From Gemmatimonadota bacterium (GTDB lineage Bacteria; Gemmatimonadota; Gemmatimonadetes; Gemmatimonadales; Gemmatimonadaceae): DNA of 64,000 nt. Below are positions 27,879-40,521 of the stretch, piece by piece; the stretch's first letter is position 1, and each line of letters opens with the position of its first letter. The notes beneath the pieces are model-generated. The model saw nothing but the letters and a program-made list of their open reading frames with translations. It made no database searches and had not been told where the DNA came from. Position numbers and translations under genes: made by a program. The stretch spans positions 94,218 through 158,217 of the forward strand of contig JAZJZK010000015.1 of the NCBI GenBank assembly GCA_040389905.1, written 5' to 3'.

Positions 27879-30056
27879 ATGAAATCCGTCCATCTCGTTT
27901 TCCGTTCCGTGCTGCTGGGGACGCTGATCTCCGCCCGACTCCCGGCGCAGGAGCATCCGGCGCGCCGAGTGGCGAACATCGTCAGCGTTGCGGTCGAGGA
28001 ATACGGCAAGGCGGTGGACGGGCAGGGGAAGCTGATCAGCGCCCAGGAGTACCAGGAGGCGAACGACTTCCTCGCTGACGCACGATTGGCCTCAGAGCGA
28101 CTCTCCGGATCGAATGCTGCTGCGGCCCGGGCGCTGCTCGACTCCGTTGCCGCCGCGGTGCGCGACAAGAAGCCACCGTCCATCCTCGATTCGCTCGAAA
28201 AGCGCTTCGCCGATCTGCTCGGCAACGAGGCAAAGCTCGAGCTGCCACGTCTACCGCTCGACCTCAAGCAGGGCAGGCAGATCTATCAGCAGAGCTGTGC
28301 GTCCTGCCACGGCATGACCGGCCTCGGCGACGGCCCGGCGGGCGCCGCGAGTAACCCGAAGCCTCCGGCCATCGGAACCGCGCAGCACATGCTCGGTGTC
28401 TCGCCGGCCTTGATGTATCGCGTCATCTCAGTGGGAATTGCGGGAACGCCGATGGCAGGCTTTGCGGGCGCAATGACCTCGACGCAGCGCTGGAACGTCG
28501 TCGCGTACATCAATTCCCTGCGCGCCACGCACTCGGCACAGCTCGAAGGTGAAGGTCTGTACACGCAGCGTTGCGCCTCCTGTCACGGCGTCGTGGGCAC
28601 CGGTGATGGCGCCTTCGCGCGTTCGCTCACCAAGCTGCCGCCTGAGATCGGCGCCGTCACCTGGCAGCTCGAGCGCAGCGACGAACAGATCGCGCTGGCG
28701 ATCGCCGAGGGCATACCGAGTACCGCAATGCCGCCGTCGGGTGACCTTTCGCCGGCGCAGGTCTCCGGTATCGTGGCGTACATCCGCACGCTGCCGATGA
28801 AGGAGCGCAACGCGCTCGCGCAGGCGGGAGACAGTACGTCGGCCAGCTCCGCGGCGCGCAACGTTCTCGTCCTGCTCGAGCAGTCGTTGAACGCTGCGCG
28901 GAGCGGTCGCCCCGCGGACGCCGGCGATAAGGCATTCGACGCCTACATCGCCTTCGAGCCGCTCGAGACCTCGGTGCGCGCGAAGAATCCTGGGCTGATC
29001 ACCTCGATGGAGCGGCAGTTCGCCGACTTCAAGGGTGCGGTGCGCACGGCCGACCTTCGTCAGGCCGAGCAGCTGCGTGATGCAATCGAAGCGTCGCTCC
29101 CCGAGGTCGTCGCACTCACGGCGCCGCCCGGAAGCGGAATCGAGGCGTTCTGGCAGTCATTCCTCATCATCCTTCGTGAGGGTTTCGAAGCGATCCTCGT
29201 GGTGGGCGCCATCGTGGCGGTGCTCATCAGGACGGGCCAGCGCGACCGATTGCGTTCGATCTGGATCGGTGTCGGCGTCGCGCTCATCGCAAGCGCGGTC
29301 ACCGCCGTCATCCTGAAGACGATCCTCTCGGCGGTGCCGGCGAGTCGCGAAATCATCGAAGGGGTGACATTGCTGCTTGCCGTGGCAGTTCTATTCTCGG
29401 TGAGCTACTGGCTCATCTCGAGAGTCGAAGCCGCGAAGTGGCAGCAGTTCATCAAGGAGAAAGTCAGCGCGGCGTTGGAACACGGTGGCGGCCGCGCGTT
29501 GGCATTCGTGGCGTTCCTCGCGGTGTACCGGGAAGGCGCGGAAACGGCGCTGTTCTATCAGGCGCTGTTCAACGAAGGACCGAATGTCGTCATGCCGTTG
29601 TCACTCGGTATTGTCGCGGGCTTCACCGCGCTGGGCGTGATCTTCACGCTTCTGTACCGCTACGGCATCAAGATCCCGCTTCGCCCCTTCTTTTCCGTGA
29701 CGAGCGTTCTGCTCTACTACATGGCGTTCGTCTTTACGGGAAAGGGCGTTCGCGAACTACAGGAAGGCAACGCGATTCCGCTCACGGCCATCCGCGGGTT
29801 CCCACACATCGAATGGCTCGGCATATATCCGAGCTGGCAAGGCATCATCGCCCAGTTGACGCTGGTGCTGCTGTTCGCGTTCGCGCTGCTGAAGACGTTC
29901 TGGCCAAAGAGGTCGGTCACGTTGCCGACGGTGATGCCGGTGCAACCAGTGGCTGCGCCGGCGGTCACGGATGTCACCGAGTTGCGTGCTGAGAACGAGG
30001 AGCTACGGCGGAGGCTCACGGCTCTCGAGGAAGCGGTGGGCCGCGAACTCGCCTAG
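27879..30056 (+). CDS. Cytochrome c / FTR1-family iron permease (PbrT-like) with two heme-c motifs
   Basis: Signal peptide; two CASCH motifs; REGFE and REGAE FTR1 motifs in the C-terminal TM domain. Confidence 0.9.
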   Translation: MKSVHLVFRSVLLGTLISARLPAQEHPARRVANIVSVAVEEYGKAVDGQGKLISAQEYQEANDFLADARLASERLSGSNAAAARALLDSVAAAVRDKKPPSILDSLEKRFADLLGNEAKLELPRLPLDLKQGRQIYQQSCASCHGMTGLGDGPAGAASNPKPPAIGTAQHMLGVSPALMYRVISVGIAGTPMAGFAGAMTSTQRWNVVAYINSLRATHSAQLEGEGLYTQRCASCHGVVGTGDGAFARSLTKLPPEIGAVTWQLERSDEQIALAIAEGIPSTAMPPSGDLSPAQVSGIVAYIRTLPMKERNALAQAGDSTSASSAARNVLVLLEQSLNAARSGRPADAGDKAFDAYIAFEPLETSVRAKNPGLITSMERQFADFKGAVRTADLRQAEQLRDAIEASLPEVVALTAPPGSGIEAFWQSFLIILREGFEAILVVGAIVAVLIRTGQRDRLRSIWIGVGVALIASAVTAVILKTILSAVPASREIIEGVTLLLAVAVLFSVSYWLISRVEAAKWQQFIKEKVSAALEHGGGRALAFVAFLAVYREGAETALFYQALFNEGPNVVMPLSLGIVAGFTALGVIFTLLYRYGIKIPLRPFFSVTSVLLYYMAFVFTGKGVRELQEGNAIPLTAIRGFPHIEWLGIYPSWQGIIAQLTLVLLFAFALLKTFWPKRSVTLPTVMPVQPVAAPAVTDVTELRAENEELRRRLTALEEAVGRELA

Positions 30057-30092
30057 ACGGGCACCATCAACGGGAAAAAAGCTTCTCGTTCG

Positions 30093-30290
30093 TACCGCAG
30101 AGGACGCGGAGGAGCAGAGGTACGCAGAGGACTGCGTAACAGCAGGTGCAGCCCCAAGACTCGCTTCGCTCGCTCGGGGCGACAGGGTAATCACTTCCGT
30201 TCGTTTTGTCGCCCTGAGCGGAGCGAAGGGTCCGCACCTTCCGCAGTTCCTCTGCTCCTCTGCGTCCTCTGCGGTAATCAGTTGCTGTTG
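30093..30290. repeat. CAGAGG-type outer IR enclosing an inverted REP-like pair
   Basis: 30093-30120 / 30249-30276 match 27/28. Inside: AGGTGCAGCCCC...GCTCGGGGCGACA and TTTTGTCGCCCTGAGCGGAGCGAAGGGTCCGCACCT (30204-30239). Tail AATCAGTTGCTGTTG. Confidence 0.9.
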
Positions 30291-31141
30291 GCAGAAGTGA
30301 CTGAACCGTAAATGCCTGGCCTCCCCGCCCTCACATTCCACAACGCCATCATCCACGCGATCCCCGCGAGCACGAACACCACCGAGATCATCTGCGCGTA
30401 CGTCAGTCCCGCGACGAGCCGATCGTCCTTTGCGCGGAAGAACTCCACGATGAATCGCTCGACGCCGGCCATCACACAGTAGACACCGAACAACCACCCC
30501 TCGGCGTGCTTGTGGTCGCGCATGCGCCAGAGCACACCGAACATGACGAGGCCGAGTACAACTTCGAGCAACTGCGTCGGAAACACCGACAGCACGGTAC
30601 CGCCGCTCACACCGGCAGGCATGGGGAGTCCGAACTCATGCGCCATTGTCGCTGCCGTGGAAGCAGGGGCTCCTTCCGGAAACGCGACGGCAAGAAACCC
30701 ATTCCATGGGCGGCCGTAATCGTCACCCACCGCCCAGCATCCGGTACGACCCACGGCATACGCGGCGGCGACGGCGGGGCCGCCGACATCGAACACGCGC
30801 ATGATCCCGAAGCGCTTCTTCACCACGACCGCCATAACCGCGAGCATGCCGCCGATGAGGCCACCCCAGTACACGAAGCCGCCACGTGAGAACATCGCGT
30901 CCCAATGCTGGAGGACCACGACGTAATACAGCTTGGCGCCGAGCAACCCTCCGACGACCGCGGCGAACGTCATGTCGTTCACTGGCTCCGGATCGTGGCC
31001 GCGCCGCGCCAGCTCGCTCTGCATCACCGCCTGGCCAACGAGAAAGCACATCAGGATCGCGAGGCCGAAGCCGGTGAAGCCGATCGGACCGAACGAGTAG
31101 GCGAACGGGTGATGCACGATGGGATGGGGCAACAGCGTCAT
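30278..31141 (-). CDS. lgt: Prolipoprotein diacylglyceryl transferase
   Basis: GGLLGAKLYY, GFVYWGGLIGG, GRTGC..GDDYG, PTQLLE, ERFIVEFFR. Confidence 0.88.
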   Translation of the reverse strand: MTLLPHPIVHHPFAYSFGPIGFTGFGLAILMCFLVGQAVMQSELARRGHDPEPVNDMTFAAVVGGLLGAKLYYVVVLQHWDAMFSRGGFVYWGGLIGGMLAVMAVVVKKRFGIMRVFDVGGPAVAAAYAVGRTGCWAVGDDYGRPWNGFLAVAFPEGAPASTAATMAHEFGLPMPAGVSGGTVLSVFPTQLLEVVLGLVMFGVLWRMRDHKHAEGWLFGVYCVMAGVERFIVEFFRAKDDRLVAGLTYAQMISVVFVLAGIAWMMALWNVRAGRPGIYGSVTSANSN

Positions 31142-32172
31142 GCGGTCACGAGTCCGGGAATGGGAAGGGAAGCAAAGGCGTTGAGGTCGAGCGGTGACCG
31201 TTCGCCACGCTCGAGGTGAAACAGTCCCGCGCGCGCGATCATCGCGGCATTGTCGGTCGCAAGACGCGCACTGGGTGCATACACCGTAGCACCAAAGCGC
31301 GTCATGCGCGAACGCATCGCCGCAGCGAGCGTCCGGTTTCCGGCGACGCCGCCACCCAAGACGACGCGCGTCCGCCCGTACTCACGCACCGCGCGCGCCG
31401 TCTTTTCGACTAGCGTCTCGACGAGGGCATCGTGAAAGGCTCGCGCGATGTGGGGGTAGTCATCAGCGTTGCCACGCCGAACCGCCTGAAGAACCGCGGT
31501 TTTCAGCCCGCTGAACGACACATCGTAGAAGTCCTCGTCACCAGGCTGCTGATTCCGCCGCAACATCGGGCGAGCGAAACGGAGGCGCGCCGAGTCGCCG
31601 GTCGCCGCCAAGCGCTCGACGTGCGGGCCGCCAGGGTAGGGCAGCCCGATGAGCTTCGCGACCTTGTCGAACGCTTCCCCCGCTGCGTCGTCGCGCGTGC
31701 GACCGAGCAACCGGTAACGTCCCCACGCTTCGACGTCGAGGAGCAGCGTGTGACCGCCGGAAATGAGGAGTGCGGTGAAGGGCGGAACGGCATCCGGATG
31801 TTCGAGGGCCGTCGCGAAGAGGTGCCCTTCCATGTGGTGGACGCCAATGCATGGAATGCCGCGGCCGTACGCGAGGGCCTTGGCGAAGCTCACTCCCACG
31901 AGCAGCGCGCCAACCAGGCCGGGCGCATGCGTCACTGCCACGGCGTCGATGTCGTCCAGCGTGCGCGTGGCATCATCCAACGACTGTTGGACAACGGGTA
32001 CGATGGCAGTCAGGTGCTGACGCGACGCCAATTCCGGTACGACGCCGCCGAAGATGCGGTGCACATCCTGCGAAAGAATCACCAGGGACTCGAGCGTCGT
32101 CTCGTCGCCGGCGCCGGACAGTACCGACGCGGACGTTTCGTCGCACGACGTCTCGATTCCGAGTATGCGCAT
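31138..32172 (-). CDS. tsaD: tRNA N6-threonylcarbamoyladenosine synthesis protein
   Basis: ILGIETSCDET, GGVVPELASR, HHMEGH, SGGHT, DDAAGEAFDK, TDNAAMIA. Confidence 0.97.
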   Translation of the reverse strand: MRILGIETSCDETSASVLSGAGDETTLESLVILSQDVHRIFGGVVPELASRQHLTAIVPVVQQSLDDATRTLDDIDAVAVTHAPGLVGALLVGVSFAKALAYGRGIPCIGVHHMEGHLFATALEHPDAVPPFTALLISGGHTLLLDVEAWGRYRLLGRTRDDAAGEAFDKVAKLIGLPYPGGPHVERLAATGDSARLRFARPMLRRNQQPGDEDFYDVSFSGLKTAVLQAVRRGNADDYPHIARAFHDALVETLVEKTARAVREYGRTRVVLGGGVAGNRTLAAAMRSRMTRFGATVYAPSARLATDNAAMIARAGLFHLERGERSPLDLNAFASLPIPGLVTA

Positions 32173-32190
32173 GAGTGCGGGCGAACAGGC

Positions 32191-32748
32191 TCAGCGCGAC
32201 GCGGACGAGTCGCCCAGCAGTCCGCTGATGAGCGCGCGATTCGCGTCCGATGTCCAATCCGCGGCGCCCCACACTTTCTTGCGAATCGTTCCCTCACGCC
32301 CGATGATGAACGTTTCGGGATAGCCGGTGATGTCGTAGTTCTGCTTGGTCTTCATCTCGGGGTCGTGCAGAATCTCGAACGTGAGCCCGAGCGACTTCGT
32401 AAACTCGAGAATCTTGGCCTCGCTGCCCGGATCATCCACGGAGATGGCGACGATCTTCAATCCGCGGCCACCGAATTCCCGATGGAGCTTTTCGAGGCTC
32501 GGCATTTCTTCGCGGCATGGACCACACCATGTTGCCCAGACGTTCACGAGCAACACGCTGCCTTTGTAGTCGTCGAGTGTTTTCTGCCGTTTCGGCGTCG
32601 TCAACGTCACGGCGTCGATCTGCGGCGCAGTCGAGCCGACTTCCACGGGGAAGAGTTCGTCGCCGAGATAATGTGTGGCGGCGGCGAGCGTCATCGCGAG
32701 AAACACGATGACGGCGCCGACGGTCGTCCACTGCTGCCGAGCGGTCAT
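32191..32748 (-). CDS. TlpA/ResA-family thiol-disulfide oxidoreductase
   Basis: N-terminal TM; NVWATWCGPCREEMP; GYPETF; start ATG 32748. Confidence 0.92.
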   Translation of the reverse strand: MTARQQWTTVGAVIVFLAMTLAAATHYLGDELFPVEVGSTAPQIDAVTLTTPKRQKTLDDYKGSVLLVNVWATWCGPCREEMPSLEKLHREFGGRGLKIVAISVDDPGSEAKILEFTKSLGLTFEILHDPEMKTKQNYDITGYPETFIIGREGTIRKKVWGAADWTSDANRALISGLLGDSSASR

Positions 32749-32758
32749 CGCACACTCC

Positions 32759-33430
32759 TCATGCGACGTGAGAGCAAAGTGTGCGGAGCGCGCTGATTTC
32801 GGCCCTGGGGTCGGGTGCGCTGAAGACCGCGTTGCCGGCGACGAATGCATCTGCGCCGGCCTGCCAGCATTCCCCGATGGTCTCGCGGTTGATGCCACCG
32901 TCGACCTCGACGGACGCACCGCTTCCCGCCTCATCGAGCATTCGCCGAGCCTCGGCAATGCGGCCGACGGCGCGCCGAATGAATCGTTGGCCGCCGAATC
33001 CAGGGTTCACAGACATGACAAGGAGCAGATCGATCTTGTCGAGCACGCTCTCCACCGAGCGCACCGGCGTGGAGGGGTTGAGCGCGACACCCGCCAGACA
33101 CCCAAGCTCCCGAATGCGCGAGAGTTGCCGATCGAGATGCGGCGACACCTCGGCGTGAATCGTCAGGCCGGACGCACCGGCCGATGCAAAATCATCGAAA
33201 TAGCGTTCCGGCTCGATCACCATCAAATGCACGTCGAGCGGAAGTGTGGTGAGCCGGCGCACCGTTTCGATGATTTTCGCGCCGAAGGTAAGGTTCGGAA
33301 CGAATCGCCCGTCCATGACGTCAACGTGAATCCAGTCTGCGCCTGCCGCCTCGAGCATGGCGAGCTCATCGCCAAGCTTCGCGAAATCCGCACTGAGAAT
33401 CGATGGCGCAATCCGCGCGGGGCGACTCAT
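32759..33430 (-). CDS. rpe: Ribulose-phosphate 3-epimerase
   Basis: IAPSILSADF, HVDVMDG.FVPNLTFG, DVHLM, MSVNPGFGGQ, VDGGI. Confidence 0.97.
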   Translation of the reverse strand: MSRPARIAPSILSADFAKLGDELAMLEAAGADWIHVDVMDGRFVPNLTFGAKIIETVRRLTTLPLDVHLMVIEPERYFDDFASAGASGLTIHAEVSPHLDRQLSRIRELGCLAGVALNPSTPVRSVESVLDKIDLLLVMSVNPGFGGQRFIRRAVGRIAEARRMLDEAGSGASVEVDGGINRETIGECWQAGADAFVAGNAVFSAPDPRAEISALRTLCSHVA

Positions 33431-34164
33431 GGCGCTCGACCGTCTCCAGCGACCCGCAGTGTCACCTCCGCACCCGGCGGCAGCGTAGCACTTTGCACGG
33501 GTGTCTGGGAAACGACAGCACCGCGCGTCTCGAGTGCCATCGGATCCCAGACGATCTTGATATTACGCACGCCAAGCTGCGTCAGCGTCTGCCGAGCCGC
33601 ATCGACATCGCGACCGATGAGTGCCGGCATCTGGATCGATGCGACACCACCACTGAGCACGATCGAGACAGTCGTCGGCATGCTCACCTGAGAACCCGCG
33701 GCGGGACGAGTCGAGATGACGATTCCGGTGGTCACGTTGCTCGGTGCGTCCGTGACATCGCCGACGTCGAACCCCGCTTTCTCGAGCAGCAGCTGCGCTT
33801 CCATCTTCGTGAGGCCGGTTACAGTGGGCACCGTTGCCATGCGCTGCCCACCGCTCACCACGAGCGTGACTGGCGCGCCGATTCCTTCGCGCGAACCGGG
33901 CGGCGGTGATTGCTCGAGGACCGTCAGCTTCGGGGCAGAACTGTTGTATCGCTGCTCCCCTTGCTCACCCTTGAAACCAGCCTGTTCGAGCCGCTGCACC
34001 GCGTCGTCGTAGTTGAGGCCCGTCACGTTCGGCACCTTGACGTCGCGCGGAATAACGCCGGCCGGAAACACAAAGAACGCGACGACGAGGTACGCGAGCG
34101 CAAACCCCGCAACGATCGTCACGAGGTAGAGTAGCGAGGTTCGGATCCGACCGCGCCAATTCAT
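33427..34164 (-). CDS. Membrane-anchored protein with three PASTA domains (no kinase domain)
   Basis: TM followed by VPNVTG, VPTVTG and MPALIG repeats, each with a Q/T.P..G motif. Confidence 0.9.
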   Translation of the reverse strand: MNWRGRIRTSLLYLVTIVAGFALAYLVVAFFVFPAGVIPRDVKVPNVTGLNYDDAVQRLEQAGFKGEQGEQRYNSSAPKLTVLEQSPPPGSREGIGAPVTLVVSGGQRMATVPTVTGLTKMEAQLLLEKAGFDVGDVTDAPSNVTTGIVISTRPAAGSQVSMPTTVSIVLSGGVASIQMPALIGRDVDAARQTLTQLGVRNIKIVWDPMALETRGAVVSQTPVQSATLPPGAEVTLRVAGDGRAP

Positions 34165-35504
34165 GCGACGTTCCCGCCCGCGCGCCGAAAGCGCGCGGCG
34201 AACGCGCCGTCAGTGGCATGTCGCTGTGGCAATACGCGAAGACATCCGCCGTCGATCACCGTCGACGGTACCGTACCGTCCGCCGGAGGCTCGAGCGCGA
34301 AGTCAGGATGATCCCCGAGAAACCGTTGCACCTGCTCGTCATTCTCCTCGAGCTCGAGTGAGCACGTACTGACGATGAGAAGACCACCGGGGCGAACCGC
34401 CGTCGCGGCGCCGCGGATAATGCTGCGCTGCAACGCGGGAAGCACCGCGAGGTCACTCGCCTTGAGGCGCCAGCGTGCATCCGGATGACGACGAAAGGTT
34501 CCGGTTCCGGTGCACGGGACGTCGACGAGCACGGCATCGATGTCGCGCAATGCTGGAGCACCGGCGTCGCCGACGAATGGAATGACGTTCTGCGCGTCGA
34601 GCCGCGCGATATTCTCTCGAACGCGCTGCATGCGGCCGCGCGACAGGTCGCCGGCAAAGACCGTGGCCGCGACGCGCGCGAGCTCGAGTGCCTTGCCGCC
34701 GGGCGCTGCGCACAGATCTGCGACCACGCTGCCGGGTGCGATGCTCGCATAGCGCGTAACAAGCGTGGACGCGGGATCCTGAAGATGAAAGAGCCCCTGC
34801 CTGAATGCGCCGAGTTCCGTGAGCGAAGTGACGCCGCCGGTGAGCGTGATGCTGTCCGACAGGAGGGGTGCGTCGCCGGTTTCGACGCCAGCTGCTTCGA
34901 ACATGGCTTCGAGTTGTTCGCGCACCACATTGTACGGGCGCGCGACGAGCGGTGCCTCGCCGTTATTCGCCACCAGGAGCGCACGGGTCTCGGTCTCGCC
35001 CCACCGCGCCAGCCACCGCGCCACGATCCACCGCGGATGCGAGTACTCGAGCGCGAGCGCGTCCGTTAGATCCGATGGCAACACGACGCCGAGTGCTTCA
35101 CGTTCGCGGTCGATCCGACGCAGCACAGCGTTTGCCAGCTTGCTGGCCCCGATGCCGTGACGTCGCTTGACCAACTCGACGGTTTGCGCGATGGCGGCGT
35201 ATGCCGGCACGCTGCCCATGTGGAGCAGCTGATATGTGCCAGCGCGAAGCAGGTCGGCCACATCGGCATCGAGGCGCGAGGGCCCCCCGCTTACTCTCGC
35301 CGCGAGAATCGCATCGACGCGGCTCCGCTGTCGGAGTAGCCCATACACAAGCTCCCGCGTCCACCGGCGGTCACGCGGATCCAGACGCAGGGTCCGCCGG
35401 TCGAAACTGCTGTCGAGCAGGTCGCCCTCGCGCAAATCCGCAAAGATTTCCGCAGCAGCCGCGCGCGAATCGGTAACCACGGCGCGCGGCGCCATGGTGC
35501 TCAT
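34161..35504 (-). CDS. rsmB: 16S rRNA m5C967 methyltransferase
   Basis: NusB-like N-terminus, YSHP.W, QD.AS, DLCAAPGGK, DVPCTGTG, STCS. Confidence 0.93.
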   Translation of the reverse strand: MSTMAPRAVVTDSRAAAAEIFADLREGDLLDSSFDRRTLRLDPRDRRWTRELVYGLLRQRSRVDAILAARVSGGPSRLDADVADLLRAGTYQLLHMGSVPAYAAIAQTVELVKRRHGIGASKLANAVLRRIDREREALGVVLPSDLTDALALEYSHPRWIVARWLARWGETETRALLVANNGEAPLVARPYNVVREQLEAMFEAAGVETGDAPLLSDSITLTGGVTSLTELGAFRQGLFHLQDPASTLVTRYASIAPGSVVADLCAAPGGKALELARVAATVFAGDLSRGRMQRVRENIARLDAQNVIPFVGDAGAPALRDIDAVLVDVPCTGTGTFRRHPDARWRLKASDLAVLPALQRSIIRGAATAVRPGGLLIVSTCSLELEENDEQVQRFLGDHPDFALEPPADGTVPSTVIDGGCLRVLPQRHATDGAFAARFRRAGGNVA

Positions 35505-35522
35505 CGGACGAACGAATTCAGG

Positions 35523-36176
35523 TCACACCGCACCCGCACTATCATAGGCCGAAAGATAGTCGCTCGCTGCCTGTTCGGCATTCGTCGCATCCCAGATGCC
35601 TCGAATGACCGCCACACCGTGAACGCCGAGTGCACGCAAAGCCGCCGCGTGCTCCACGCGCACGCCGCCGATGGCGACGACTGGAACGGTCGTCGCGTTG
35701 ACGAGTGTGTGCACCCACGCGGGTGAACGGGTATTCCCTTGCGTCGCAAAGACCTGACCAGCCACGAGCCAGTCAGCTCCGGCGGCTGCGGCCGTTCGTC
35801 CGGCGCTTACGTCGTGCACACTTGCACCGAGCGCAAGCAACGGCGCAATGCGCTTGGCGTCGCTGGTTTCGAGGGAGGTGCTGGTGAGCTGAACGCCGCG
35901 CGCGCCCGAAGCGAGCGCGACGTCCAGACGGTCGTTGACGATCAGCCAACCACCCGTGAGTCCCTGTGCAGCCGCGAGACCTTCCGCAAGCGACTGGAAG
36001 CGTCCCCCCGGCAGCCGGCTGGCGCGAAGGTGCAGCGCGCCGCGCGCGCCGAGCACGTGCATCACCGCACACGCGACGTCGATGAAATCGGGTCGAGCGA
36101 GTACGTCGTCGTTCGTGACCGCATGCACCACGGGAATGCCGATCTTGCGCATGGCGACCTCGGCGTCGAGCGTCAT
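35523..36176 (-). CDS. Thiamine phosphate synthase family protein (ThiE/TenI-like)
   Basis: LIVNDRLDVA, GASVH, PVVAIGG, GVAVIRGI; the canonical QxRxK and T.SK motifs are degenerate. Confidence 0.8.
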   Translation of the reverse strand: MTLDAEVAMRKIGIPVVHAVTNDDVLARPDFIDVACAVMHVLGARGALHLRASRLPGGRFQSLAEGLAAAQGLTGGWLIVNDRLDVALASGARGVQLTSTSLETSDAKRIAPLLALGASVHDVSAGRTAAAAGADWLVAGQVFATQGNTRSPAWVHTLVNATTVPVVAIGGVRVEHAAALRALGVHGVAVIRGIWDATNAEQAASDYLSAYDSAGAV

Positions 36177-36183
36177 GCTCTCC

Positions 36184-37137
36184 TTACGCGCGCGGTTCGC
36201 CCATGGTGTCGAATCGGTCGCCTACGGCGATGCCGCGCCCGTTCATCCACTCGACTGGCGCCAGCCGGCGCTTGCCGGCGGGCTGCACAGCCAGCACGCG
36301 GACGGCACCAGCGCCGCACGCCACCAGCATTCCGGCGGAATCGATGGCAAGTACATCGCCCGCCGCGTGCGCTGTTCCGCGAGGCGCGACTCGTGCGCCG
36401 AAGAGCTTCGCCTCGCTTCCATTCACCACACTCCACGAGCCTGGCTTGGGATCATAGGCACGAATGTGCCGAGCCACCTCGTACGCCGATGCGGTCCAGT
36501 CGATTCGCGCAGACTCGCGCGTCAGTTTGGCCGCGTACGTCGCTCTCGACTCGTCCTGCGGTTGCGGGTGTGCTGCACCGAGCTCCACCAACGCCAACGC
36601 CTCGATGAGCGCGTTCGCCCCAAGCTCGCTCAGGCGAAGCGACAACTCCAACGACGTCTCGTCTTCGAGAATGGGCGTGCGTGCGCTATGCAGCACCGGC
36701 CCGGCATCGAGTGCCGGCACCATCTGCATGATGGAGACGCCGGTTTCGGCGAGCCCATCGCGAATTGCCGCTTGAATGGGCGCGGCGCCGCGAAGCGCAG
36801 GCAAGAGCGACGCGTGAATGTTCAATGTGCCGAGCCGCGGCAAGTCGATCACCGACTTCGGGAGGATGTGACCATACGCGACGACCACATTCACATCCGG
36901 CGCAAGGGCAAGGAGTTCTGCGAGAAATGCCTCACCGCGAGGCCGCTCCGGTTGCAGTACCGGAATGCCTTCGGCAACCGCGACGTGCTTGACGGGCGAC
37001 GCGTGCACCGTCGAACGCGACCTGCCGAGTGCCTTGTCCGGCTGGGTCACGACGGCGACGACGTCGAAGCCCTCACCAAGCAACGCGCGCAGCGGCGCGG
37101 TCGCGAACTCCGGCGTTCCCCAGAAGACTATCCGCAC
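36184..37137 (-). CDS. fmt: Methionyl-tRNA formyltransferase
   Basis: GTPEFA, VVTQPD, NIHASLLP..RGAAPI, LDAGP. Confidence 0.97.
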   Translation of the reverse strand: MRIVFWGTPEFATAPLRALLGEGFDVVAVVTQPDKALGRSRSTVHASPVKHVAVAEGIPVLQPERPRGEAFLAELLALAPDVNVVVAYGHILPKSVIDLPRLGTLNIHASLLPALRGAAPIQAAIRDGLAETGVSIMQMVPALDAGPVLHSARTPILEDETSLELSLRLSELGANALIEALALVELGAAHPQPQDESRATYAAKLTRESARIDWTASAYEVARHIRAYDPKPGSWSVVNGSEAKLFGARVAPRGTAHAAGDVLAIDSAGMLVACGAGAVRVLAVQPAGKRRLAPVEWMNGRGIAVGDRFDTMGEPRA

Positions 37138-37138
37138 C

Positions 37139-37705
37139 TCACAACTCCTCCTCCCGGTGCTCGCGCTCGTCGTCCTCCGGCGTTTCCAGTGCCACCCGGC
37201 GGATGTTGCCCGGATAGTCCTCCGCCTTGAGCTTCCACTTTGCGAGCGCGGCGGCGCGCTTGAGCACGCTCAGGTAGTCGAGGAAGAGCTTCCCGTCGAG
37301 GTGATCAATTTCGTGCTGCAGACAACGCGCAAGCAACTCGCTCGCCTCTCGCTCGAACGGCTTTCCTTCGCGCCCAATGGCATGCACAACGACGCTCTTC
37401 GGCCGCTCGACATCCGCATAGATGTCCGGGATCGAGAGACATCCCTCCTCGCCCTTTGCCTTACCGGACGACGACTGCACGACTTCGGGATTGATGATCA
37501 CAAACGGATCCTTTCCGAGATCGATCACGGCGAGACGCTCCGTGCGACCAACCTGCGGCGCGGCGAGGCCGATGCCGCGTGCGTGGTACATGGTGTCGAA
37601 CATGTCGTCGATCAGGCGCTGGATGTCAGCGGTGATCTCGGTGACGGGCGTCGTGGCCTGGCGAAGAATCGGATCGCCGAGAACGCGAATGTCGAGAATG
37701 CTCAC
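37139..37705 (-). CDS. def: Peptide deformylase
   Basis: GIGLAAPQVG, EGCLSIP, QHEIDHLDG. Confidence 0.97.
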   Translation of the reverse strand: MSILDIRVLGDPILRQATTPVTEITADIQRLIDDMFDTMYHARGIGLAAPQVGRTERLAVIDLGKDPFVIINPEVVQSSSGKAKGEEGCLSIPDIYADVERPKSVVVHAIGREGKPFEREASELLARCLQHEIDHLDGKLFLDYLSVLKRAAALAKWKLKAEDYPGNIRRVALETPEDDEREHREEEL

Positions 37706-37715
37706 GGGCGGCGGG

Positions 37716-40281
<2,566 letters not shown>

Positions 40282-40521
40282 GCGTCGTCGAGTCCCGGGA
40301 TGAGCGTCAGCTGGATCGGCGTCGGTGCCGTGGAAGGCGGCCTCGAGGGAATTCGCGCCGTCGTGACCCTCAACTATAGCGAAACTCGTTCATACTTTCG
40401 TACCCACGCGAGAACTCGCCGATGCCGAACTCCCTGCTCCCTCACGTCACGACAAGCGAACGGCTGGTGCTGGTGTTGCTGCTCCCCCTGCTGCTGCTGT
40501 GGCTCGTTCTCGACTCGGGCC

